Origin: Octopus vulgaris
Taxonomy: Eukaryota
Direction of reading: 5' to 3'
Length of the DNA stretch: 64,000 bases
NCBI GenBank assembly: GCA_951406725.2
Contig: OX597833.1
Location: 19,840,001 to 19,904,000, forward strand
Shown: piece after piece, positions 39,067-49,105 of the stretch
Layout: the number at the start of each line of letters is the position of its first letter
Numbering within the stretch: position 1 is the first letter of the stretch
Notes under the pieces: generated by a model
What the model saw: only the letters and a program-made list of their open reading frames with translations
What the model was told of the DNA's origin: nothing
The model's database searches: none
Made by a program: the position numbers and the translations under genes

Positions 39067-39470
39067 ATACTAAGTAATTAAGGGTTTAGCAACGAATTGC
39101 CTCACCAACACACCGAATTTAGAAATAGCAGTCAAAGAGATATAGCTATTCCTTCTACTAAAAGGGGGATCTCAGTAAAAACACAGCACTTAAAAGGCAA
39201 ACACAGACAGGTAAGAAAGAAAGAATGAAATGACGGCAATCCATCATGCAATTTTAAGTTACCTACGGACGTACGTTTCGAAAAATTGCATGATGGATTG
39301 CCGTCATTTCATTCTTTCTTTCTTACCTGTCTGTGTTTGCCTTTTAAGTGCTGTGTTTTTACTGAGATCCCCCTTTTAGTAGAAGGAATAGCTATATCTC
39401 TTTGACTGCTATTTCTAAATTCGGTGTGTTGGTGAGGCAATTCGTTGCTAAACCCTTAATTACTTAGTAT
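39067..39470. repeat. 189-bp inverted repeat with 26-nt spacer (Penelope-type inverted terminal repeat relic)
   Basis: 39067-39255 is the reverse complement of 39282-39470 with no mismatch seen by eye; (TA)n flanks. Confidence 0.92.
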
Positions 39471-39571
39471 TACTTAAATTTTCCTAGAATGGGGCTTTTA
39501 CATACCGAAATCTACTTGGTGTAATTGATAATTATCCCTAATTAATTAATTTCACCCTTTTATTATTACTG

Positions 39572-39604
<33 letters not shown>

Positions 39605-39807
39605 CATATATACCTATATATACATACATACATATATATATATATACATATTTAGTATTTTTAGATTTAGTGTTTGAAGTGTTTTGAGTAGAGCACTGGC
39701 ACAGTCTGGACTCCTGGTGTATCAACAGGAGCTGGAGAAATGTTTCCGGTGCAACTAGTCTAGATAATACAACCATTAGAAACGCAGAAATGCTTTAAAA
39801 CGAAAAC

Positions 39808-39819
39808 TGCGCATGCGCA
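39808..39819. promoter_or_regulatory. NRF1/Ewg consensus site TGCGCATGCGCA in a CpG-retaining patch; candidate promoter of the caspase-like gene
   Basis: Exact palindromic consensus; unique CpG-rich sequence; strong donor GAA|GTGAGT about 180 nt downstream. Confidence 0.6.
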
Positions 39820-39829
39820 TACGAACATC

Positions 39830-40001
39830 TCTCGTCGTCCATAATACATACATAATCGGGAGTGGCCCGCGCATTTGTTTCTTTGTGAAATTACTTCTCC
39901 GAATCAAACGACAGCTTGTTCAAAATACCAGAGGAATTACCGTAAAACGTATTTCAGCTTATACTTTCTTAATTTACACCTTTGGGGACTACCGAAACGA
40001 A
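39830..40001 (+). other. Candidate non-coding first exon of the caspase-like gene (start approximate)
   Basis: Donor gtgagt at 40002; matching acceptor ttttttcttttgtag at 46556; linkage is inferred. Confidence 0.45.
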
Positions 40002-40280
40002 GTGAGTATTCAAAAATTGGCAATATTTTGTCATAAAAAGTAACTGTAATTGAAAAGAAAAGGCTTCCGCCCAGCAAAGTGAAATTTTACAAATTAATCT
40101 CTGTACGGCGATCTGTACTTTACTACGCATTTAATTAACCTAAAAACATCTCTGGAAAAACTTAAGAGATGGTGGTGGTGGTGGTGGTGGGGAATTAGAA
40201 TTCCGAAATTGCGATTTTTGCATTTTTTCTTTAGAGTGGAGGAGGGGTCGGGATACGCCTCCGCTCCGTTCAAGGTTTGG

Positions 40281-40706
40281 CGATCTTTCGTCTCTAGTAG
40301 ACCTTTCCGTCGATTTCCGTAAAAAAAATTTTCTTTTTTACATATGGGCTTGCGGGAACTTTTGAAGTAATATACATACATATACACATACACCGAGTAA
40401 AAAATTTCACTTATCTCTTTCTTTCACACATTACTCTGTCTCTTCACACACACTAACAGAAGCACTTCACTTACACAACATACTGTCTGTCACCCACACC
40501 CTATCAAACACACACACACACACACACACACATGTACATCAATGCTTGCCATGCACGGTAACTTCAAAAGAACTTCCCTCGTTATACAATTGCTTTCTCT
40601 TAGTCTCTTTCGCTCTCATTACTACAAAAGTTCCCCGCAAGCCCATATGTAAAAAAAAAAAAATTTACGGAAATCGACGGAAAGGTCTACTAGAGACGAA
40701 AGATTG
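40281..40706. repeat. ~80-bp inverted repeat pair, with a third partial copy at ~40870-40900
   Basis: ATCTTTCGTCTCTAGTAGACCTTTCCGTCGATTTCCGT..CATATGGGCTTGCGGG versus its reverse complement at 40625-40706. Confidence 0.8.
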
Positions 40707-42232
40707 TCCAAGGTTTTTTGGATCTTTCGTTTTGATCATTTTATTTTTTCTGGATAATAATTGTATGCATGTACGTATACATGACAACACACCCCTTCAC
40801 TCACGCTCAGCTGGAAAGATGATAAACCTTGTGTAGAATTAGCACTTCTTACAGTTGTTTTTCTTGTTTGGCAATCTTTCGTCTCTAGTAGACCTTTCCG
40901 TATCGCCCTTAACTTTGTCTTGCGACTGGCTCGATAAAAATAAAATAGAATTACAGATTTTTTTTTTCGGAATCGGAATCTCCATAGCGGGAAACATGGG
41001 TTTCCATAAAAAAAAAAAATTCAAGTGGAAGTGGGGTCGAGTTACGTCTCCGCTATGTGCATAGAAAAAATTATTTACTACTGAAATACTAAATTTAGTT
41101 TAACCTAATTATTTTCTAAGCAATGTCCGACTTTCTATTTGCTGTCAGGCAATGTTTATTCAGTCGCATTTTGTGATGTCGGGGGCGAAAATACCTTAAG
41201 CTAAGCCTGAAAGCAATGAAGTCATAAAAGAATCATCCATAACTTGCAGTAAGCAACATTTATTAAACGTTATTACGGTTATTTCTTTATTTTCTGCAAA
41301 CAAAATGCACAAAAATGCTACACGTTTGCATTATGCTATAGATACAATAATAATAAAGGACGTTACCGTATACATTTTTACAAGCCAAGGACGTTATATA
41401 GACCTCCTTGACTCAAGTTCGAGAAGGGGTGCGTATTATACACAATGTTTAGGTTTTTCAGAGTTACAGCCCCCTAATAATCCCCTGCGTATTATATACT
41501 CAAAGGCGGACTATACTCGAGGATTTACGGTAAATAGATGACCTGGAAGTTCTTGCTCTTCGATTAGAGCAATAGCTTTCTTCGGCTGAATACACGTCGT
41601 TGATTAGTTAAAATTACCCAAATACAACTTCAACACGAAACAACTTCTAAAATATGAAATTTTATCAACAATGTTGAAAGTAAATCGTGTTCAGAATGAG
41701 AAATTACACCAGTATACGAAGTTTCAAACTGTTTAGTTAAAAAACTTTTTTAATCTGTGAGTGAAACTAAAGAGATCCTTTGTTTACCCCCAACCCCATA
41801 TTCTTAATCTCCGTATTTTCCCACGTAGTTTGAAAAAAAAATTCGTAAAAAGTTTAAAATAAAAAATTTGGCGTATTTCGAATCTCCGTCATTGAACATA
41901 GGAATCCAGTGAAAAAAAAAATCATTTTGGCGACCGAGTGCTAAACTAGATCCTGAAAGTTACGAGGAGCTAAAAACGGATCGTGCAAACTTTCCGGCAG
42001 TCTTCTCCTCACCACTTCAGAAAACAATTCGGTCAAACTAAAGAGTTTGACCAGGTCATAAAAATAAAAAACAAAAAATAGTGTAATAGGTATAAAACAA
42101 CTTCCTCTAAACGAATATGACAAAAAAAAATGCGCGCTCGCGAAAGGGGGGTGGGGGAGAGGCCATCGGAAAATTCACTTCCTCAGTCCATGTCCTTTAA
42201 ACAATAGTGCTTGACTCGGGCCGGAACAAAAG

Positions 42233-43156
42233 AAAAATTCCTGGGAGAGAGGTGGATTCTCTTGGAATTCATTCCCACTACATTGTATATTGGGCAACTG
42301 TCTTCTGTTGTCAGCATAGTTAATTTCGTGATTGATTTGTATACACAATTTAAATAAAGCATTTAACGTATTCATTTAACGAAAATATAATCGATATCTG
42401 CGTTGTACGAAATAGTTGTGTGAAATAAATTGGATGACATAAAACGAAAGACTGGGAAAATAATCAGAAAAATATTCTCAGTATTCTGTTCTGTTACAGT
42501 TTAAATTTTTTCAAATACCAACCGAAGTATTAACTCTTTGTAATGGACAATATACTCAAAATGTTTTCTGCGGTGTAATTCCGTCCATCAAAAGGAAAAG
42601 AACCATATATATATACATATGACCCACCGGCGATCCCCACCGAAAGATCGCCCTTCAGCAACTGTTACGGAAATCCCTGAAATCGAATCTTGATCGGAAA
42701 TTTCTCCGCCCCCACAGGTAAAAAGAAGGTGGGTCATATATATATATATATATATATGGTTCTTTTCCTTTTGATGGACGGAATTACACCGCAGAAAACA
42801 TTTTGAGTATATTGTCCATTACAAAGAGTTAATACTTCGGTTGGTATTTGAAAAAATTTAAACTGTGTCTGAACAGAATACTGAGAATATTTTTGATTAA
42901 AAATTTAGGGTAAATATTTTTCTGATTATTTTCCCAGTCTTTCGTTTTATGTCATCCAATTTATTTCACACAACTATTTCGTACAACGCAGATATCGATT
43001 ATATTTTCGTTAAATGAATACGTTAAATGCTTTATTTAAATTGTGTATACAAATCAATCACGAAATTAACTATGCTGACAACAGAAGACAGTTGCCCAAT
43101 ATACAATGTAGTGGGAATGAATTCCAAGAGAATCCACCTCTCTCCCAGGAATTTTT
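42233..43156. repeat. ~400-bp near-perfect inverted repeat with 99-nt spacer
   Basis: 42233-42628 is the reverse complement of 42728-43156, apart from a ~27-bp indel, a few substitutions and TA-length variation. Confidence 0.92.
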
Positions 43157-43609
43157 AATTTTTGAAGACGTTTTACAGTTGTAGTATACTTTGAGCCAAC
43201 TAACCAGTAATTACAAAGGCAATGTTTATGAATATGTACATATTAAATATTGATGTTTTTCTTCTGCCGAAGAGATCAAGGACATTCAATATGTACTTGT
43301 ATACATTCGACGTTAATAAATGGAGATGTCGAACAGGCGAACACCTGCCCCATCTCCGCCCTTTTCTCTCCTCATCCTAACATTTTCGGTAATAGAAATT
43401 CCGAATCTGTTGGCGGAATTTCGGATCAGGATGCTCACCTAAGTTGGATTTTCTCCGATTTGACGAGGATTTTTCCCATCTTTTTATGGAAAAAAAAAAA
43501 AAAAATGAAATGATGGATTTTCCGATTAGTCTGTTTTATTATTATTATTATTTATGAAAGCAAATTGGCGGAGGTTCGGAACTGGACAGCTCATTTAAGT
43601 TGGATTTTC

Positions 43610-43691
43610 GGCACTGTCATGCTTTTAGCTGTCAGCCAGCTCGACGTAAATACACGAAGTTGACAACTTTCACTTCTGACAGCTAAAAGCA
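43610..43691. mobile_element. Tiny MITE whose right TIR was split by an inversion
   Basis: GGCACTGTCATGCTTTTAGCTGTCAG ... CTGACAGCTAAAAGCA; the missing outer TIR part lies at 45016-45025. Confidence 0.6.
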
Positions 43692-44370
43692 AGGCTTTTT
43701 CACTCAAAAGAAAATATTTAGTATCAATCAACGGTTTTATCTTGTCAGAGAATTTGGGAATCCATTCAGAATAATACGCAAATAGACCAACAATTCGACT
43801 CAATGCTTTGTGTGTACTAGGAATAGGTAGTTCTAGTAAGGGTTTTACTTGGTCAGGGTCAGGTTTCAGCCAAGCAATCGAATCCGTGTAGTGCTGTAAA
43901 TGCATTTGGTATCATTAAAAGTTAAATTACAGTCCTTAGCAACTTGAAGAAAATGCTTTAAATTTCGATCATGTTCTTCCTTCGATTTACCACACACAGT
44001 TATGTTGTCGATATATGCAAAAGTAGCTCTACAATTATGGCTTTCGATTATATTATCGATCACTACATTTGTAAGTCCGAAAGCAATACGTTTGCTTTGA
44101 TATAATTTTCCCTGCGCTTCGAAAGCCGTGTAAGGTCGATCTTTCAACTGGAACCTCAACTTGATGATGAGCACTTTTGAGATCTAGTGTGCTAAAATAA
44201 TTAAACTGAGCTATTTTTGTGACCATGTCATGCATATTTGGCAGTGGATATCCATCTAATTGCGTAAACTATGGGTTTACAGTCAGAGCTTAAATTTTCA
44301 AACAACCTCGGTGTAATGTCACTTAGAGCTCCCAAATGTAACGGGGGCTTATCGCCGTCAAAGGTAATTT
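43692..44370 (-). mobile_element. Ty3/Gypsy reverse transcriptase relic
   Basis: YPLPNM..FSTLDLKSAHHQV, TAFEAQGKLY..FGLTN, YIDNITV.GK..EHDRNL, GLFAYYSEWIPKFSDKIKPL; frameshifted. Confidence 0.9.
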
Positions 44371-44410
44371 GTACATGTTGATTTTCTGTTTTGATGGGGA
44401 TTTATCCAAT

Positions 44411-45014
44411 TTTTTTTCACCTCACACTCCAGACCGATTTTGGGGGCACTTAAAAACCACGTGAGAAGCCTTTTCAGTAAAAAAAAAATTTGTAAATATT
44501 TTCAAACGAAAAGTTGTGTGATTTAAGGGAGATTTGGCTATTGTTTCTAGCACATCTCACGACCACCTTCCTCGTTTCTTTGTCACCCTCACATGTATTG
44601 ATGTTTTTTCAATATTTTTCTCCCATGAACACATTTGTGATATTATAAAAAAAGATTTTTAATTTATGATTTTTTTAATCCTCACCATTTTATAATTTCA
44701 AAATACTGGATAATCTGAGACGGTCATTGATCCAGCAATTTAAATAAGAGATATGTAAAAGATAATTTATTTTAACTAAGAAATATTGAAAAACATCAAT
44801 ATATGTGACAATGACAAAGAAACGATCAAGGTGGTTACAGGATGTGCTAGAAACAACAGTCAAATAAATCTCCCTTAAATCACACCGTTTCGTCTGAAAA
44901 TAATCGTTTTTTTGGGGGGGCTTTTTTTTTTACTCAAAGATTTCTCACATGGTTTTTAGGGGTGTAGTACCAAAACAATTGGCCAAAATCGGTCCGAAGG
45001 GCTAAGTGAAAAAA
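44411..45014. mobile_element. MITE with long imperfect TIRs
   Basis: GACCGATTTT..ATTTAAGGGAGATTT..TGTTTCTAGCACATC versus GATGTGCTAGAAACA..AAATCTCCCTTAAAT..AAAATCGGTC. Confidence 0.7.
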
Positions 45015-45040
45015 GGGCACTGTCATGCTTTTAGCTGTCA

Positions 45041-45590
45041 AGCCTTCCTTTCTCAATAGAAACAGACACATCGGAGGTAGCTATATCTGGCATTTTACAC
45101 CAAAACGGGAAGCCAGCTGCATTTTTCTTTTCAAGAACCCTCAACCCATATGAGCGTCGTTATTCTTGTATTGAAAAAGAGGCGACAGCGATTGTGGAAT
45201 CTGAGAAAATGGTATCATTTTCTTCTTGGACGTAACTTCACACTAATAACTGATCAAAACAGTGTGGCTTTTATGTTTAATTTTCAGAAGCGCAGTAAAT
45301 CTAAAAACGGAAAGATAATGCGTTGGCGAATCGAACTAGCCCAGTATAAATTTGATATCATTTACCGCCAAGGCAAGTTTAATGTTGTATCTGATGCTTT
45401 ATTGTGCAGCTACGACTGATAATGAACTGTATCGTATTCATGCAGCGCTGTGTCATCCTGGGATCACACGACCTTACTCTGTAGATGATGTAAAGCGTAT
45501 AACTAACAATTGTGTAATATGTTGTGAGGTAACCTCTGTTTCGTCAGTAATTAAATCTACTCAAGCTTTTGAAAGATTCAGTGACCATTT
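45041..45590 (+). mobile_element. Ty3/Gypsy RNase H and integrase zinc-binding relic
   Basis: IETDTSEVAISGIL.QNGKP, SRTL..ERRYSCIEKEATAI, FTLITDQ, KIMRWRIEL..YKFDIIYR.GK.NVVSDAL, H..LCHPG..C..C. Confidence 0.88.
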
Positions 45591-45964
45591 TTTCCTAAGT
45601 TTTGTAGTGGTCCTATATAGTTGAATGATCTCCCTTGCAAGAAAGTGTATAGAGTAACCCCCCTTTACTAAGTTTCTTGAGACATGAGTCATGAGATGTG
45701 ATTCTTAATTATTCAAGAAGCTTCGCGTTTCTCTTGGAAGTTTCCAGAATGTCTAGCGTACCAGTTATAAAAACAGCTTGCTAACCCTGCTCTACGCCAC
45801 ATGACTGAAAGCCATCACTGAGTTGCTATTTCTATATTTCCTATCTCTGAACTTTCTTGCATAGATTACTTCATTCAACTAGATTCTGCTGCCACAACTA
45901 CATCAAGAACGATAACATTCAAGAGTCTTTTAATGTCTTGTCATTTGTAGTAACAACGATATCT

Positions 45965-46185
45965 AGCTGGCAGAAACGTTAGCACGCCGGGCGAAATGCG
46001 TAGCCGTATTTCGTCTGCCGTTACGTTCTGAGTTCAAATTCCACCGAGGTCCACTTTGCCTTTCATCCTTTCGGGGTCGATAAATTAAGTACCAGTTACG
46101 CACTGGAGTCGATGTAATCGACTTGATCTGTTTGTCTGTTCTTGTTTGTCCTCTCTGTGTTTAGCCCCTTGTGGGTTATAAAGAA
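45965..46185 (+). mobile_element. SINE family B (head GCTGGCAGAAACGTTAGCACGCCGGGCG)
   Basis: B-box GAGTTCAAATTCC; other copies at 35580, 37965, 53745, 54935. Confidence 0.85.
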
Positions 46186-46641
46186 ACAGATATCTGTGTT
46201 TGTGTACAAAAAGAATAAAATTTTGTTCAATCAAAAATCACAACCAACTCCATTGTTCTTCATACACAAAGAAAAAACTTTTAACAGAATGAAACAATGT
46301 TATGAAGATGTATATAAAATCAAAATAATATGAATCTTATAGAACCTAATATTTCCATAGGTCTTGTAAGTTATTATAATAATGTGTCTATCCCACTGAA
46401 AGTATTGTCTTCAAGGATGAAGAGCACTATAAGGAATCAGTGCTAAGTAGCATATTACTGGAAACTGAAATATTTGATTTATACAAATGATTAAATGTTA
46501 ATTTTCAAATTTTGTAACTCATTTTTAAAATGTTTCTCACTTTTTTTCTTTTGTAGCTGCTTGAATCTGCAGCCATCTCAAAATACAAAAAATATCTGAA
46601 TTTATTTACATATATTTATAACAGCAAACAGAAAAACAACC

Positions 46642-47433
46642 ATGTCATCTGCCAGTATTCAAAGAACCGAAAAAGTATATACAGACAGTGTACCTGTTGA
46701 CCACAGTCTAGATGATATTAGTTTAAATGGACATGATATATCTTACTCACCAGAGCATTTAGTATATGATATGGAATATCCTACAAAAGGTTATGCTCTA
46801 GTCATTAACAATGAAGTATTGTCATTTGGTAATGCTCGCGAAATCTCGAGAGAAGAGGTACATTCTATGTCGGATACACTTAAGATGTATGGATTTAAAG
46901 TTATCACTCGGAACAACTTGAAGGCTTGTGACTTCAGACAGATATTTAACGACGTCAGCAAACTGGACCATTCAAAATGTGCTTCTTTTGCTTGTATTAT
47001 TCTAACCCAAGGATTACAGTCTAGTACTATTCAATGCTCTGATGAAACTATCTCACTAACAGAGTTATTACCAATGTTTTCCCCCAACAAATGCCCAACT
47101 CTCGTTGGTAAACCTAAATTATTTTTCATTCAAAATGCAGACACATTAGCAAATAGTGCACACAATTCACAACTTTATAGTGATTACAAAGTTCCAATGA
47201 TTTCTTTATATGAAGATATCCTTATTTCCTCTTGTACTGTAAGCTCTGAGAGGAGAGTTGGAGGCTTTATTGAGATATTAAGTAACAGCCTGAAGAACTG
47301 TAGAAAGGTGGAACTGCTTTCTATTTTAATGGGAGTCAATTACGCCATTGTTTCTAAGTCCAAGAACAATGGTTCAAGAACTAATGCCCCTTCTATACTT
47401 TCAACTTTAACAAAACAAATGACATTCTCATAA
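46642..47433 (+). CDS. Caspase-3/7-like (peptidase C14A fold) protein, 263 aa, predicted catalytically inactive; intronless CDS
   Basis: YDM...GYALVINN, GFKV...NNL, DHSKCASFACIIL, CPTLVGKPKLFFIQ, DIL..., FIE.L...L, P...STLTK; dyad positions are Q123 and A166; good Kozak context (AACAACCATG); in-frame upstream TGA at 46597; acceptor at 46556. Confidence 0.92.
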   Translation: MSSASIQRTEKVYTDSVPVDHSLDDISLNGHDISYSPEHLVYDMEYPTKGYALVINNEVLSFGNAREISREEVHSMSDTLKMYGFKVITRNNLKACDFRQIFNDVSKLDHSKCASFACIILTQGLQSSTIQCSDETISLTELLPMFSPNKCPTLVGKPKLFFIQNADTLANSAHNSQLYSDYKVPMISLYEDILISSCTVSSERRVGGFIEILSNSLKNCRKVELLSILMGVNYAIVSKSKNNGSRTNAPSILSTLTKQMTFS

Positions 47434-47569
47434 CCTCATTGGTATCCCTCATTTTCAATCTTCTGTGGTAATGGGGGAATGGGGACTCCAAAAGAGATCT
47501 CAGGGAGTAGAATCTCTGCATTCCTGAGTTAGTTTTCCACTACAATTCTGCAAACAAAGAGACTTGGAG

Positions 47570-48075
47570 AAGCCATTATGAAAGACTGCTGAATGTGGAG
47601 AATGAATGAGAAGAGGAGAGTCTGCCAAATGTTGACCCAGTAGAGGGACCAGCTATCCCAATAGACAGCTCTTTAGTAGATAAAGCAATTAAGGATATGA
47701 AGACAGGGAAAGAACCTGGCCCATCAGGAATCGCTGCTGGGATGCTTAAAGTATCTGGTGGTGTGGGCTATGGTCTAGTCACCCGCATTGTAAACCAGGT
47801 AGTTCATGATGGAGCCATACCCAATGACTGGCATAGCAGCACCATAGTCATCTGCTACAAGGGTAAAGGTGATGCTCTAGATAGAAATAACTACAAGGGT
47901 ATTAAACTGCTGGATCAGGTGATGAAGGTCACAGTGAGGGTCATAGTCCATCTCATTAGGGAGAGTCTGCTTAGATGAGATGCAGTTTGGTTTTATGCCA
48001 GGCAGAAGCACCACCGTACTTGGCTTTTGTTGAGTTGGAGAAAGCCTTTGACAGAGGAATTCGATGATGACGATG
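47570..48075 (+). mobile_element. RTE LINE ORF fragment
   Basis: KAIKDMKTGKEPGPSGI, IPNDWHSSTIV.CYKGKGDALDRNNYKGIKLL, QFGFMPGRST. Confidence 0.85.
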
Positions 48076-48279
48076 ATGAAGCAGGTAAGAACATATATGC
48101 AAGTTTAAAATGCAACATTGTTTTTGTTTTATCTACATTCTACACATACACATAAGAACAAGCACGCAGTTGACAAGACAACACACAGCTGATAAGACAG
48201 CATGTCCTCACGGAAATTAGTGAAGCAGTCTGTTTATAAATTGTCGACTCAAAACAAAAGATAGCCTTCATTTTTTTTT

Positions 48280-48645
48280 GATAAGTAGCTTGTTTACGAA
48301 CCACATGGTTCCGGGTTCAGTCCCACTGCGTGGCATCTTGGGCAAGTGTCTTCTGCTATAGCCCTGGGCCGACCAATGCCTTGTGAGTGGATTTGGTAGA
48401 CGGAAACTGAAAGAAGCCTGTCGTATGTATGTGTGTGTGTTTGTGTGTCTGCGTTTGTCCCCCTAGCATTGCTTGACAACCGATGCTGGTGTATTTACGT
48501 CCCCGTCACTTAGCGGTTCGGCAAAAAGAGACTGATAGAATAAGTACTGGGCTTACAAAGAATAAGTCCCGGGGTCAATTTGCTCGACTAAAGGCGGTGC
48601 TCCAGCATGGCCGCAGTCAAATGACTGAAACAAGTAAAAGAAAAA
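48280..48645 (+). mobile_element. SINE family A
   Basis: Family match. Confidence 0.88.
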
Positions 48646-48829
48646 TAAAAAAAAGAAAAGAAAATAATTATAAAGATGTAATTATAGTTAAGGGCTACTG
48701 GTAATGACCATCACCAATGCTAGTAATAGGTGTCAAATACCTACAGTCCACTCTACAGTTTGTTTTCTCTCTCTCCCTCTTGTACTTATTGTATCATATT
48801 ACTCATTGATGTGCAGTTTTGTTTTGTAT

Positions 48830-49105
48830 TATTGTGTTTGATCTTGATGTTCATATGTAGTTGGTTAATAAATTATGTGAATGGGTATTATCTGGTAGTT
48901 GATTATTGATTTAGATGTATTTCTCCATTTCCTTATTTTGTATTATTAATTTGTGGTAAAACATTTTACCTTCGCCCATATAATACAATAAATGAATTAA
49001 TTGCATCGCAATTCTTAACATTTATGTATTAACTTTGTTGGGTGCTTTACTGGCAGTATATTGGATGGTGGGTTGCACTCACAACCCCTATCTCAATTTG
49101 TATAT
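48830..49105 (+). mobile_element. AT-rich relic of the same family as 58500-59320
   Basis: Shared TTTCTCCATTT, AATACAATAAATGA, CAGTATATTGGATG and AACCCCTATCT blocks. Confidence 0.6.

Noticed and set aside
46642-47433. Active caspase-3/7 orthologue, or N-terminal CARD/DED extension
   Set aside because: Both dyad residues are absent and an in-frame TGA lies at 46597 after the main acceptor; an alternative acceptor at 46624 cannot be fully excluded
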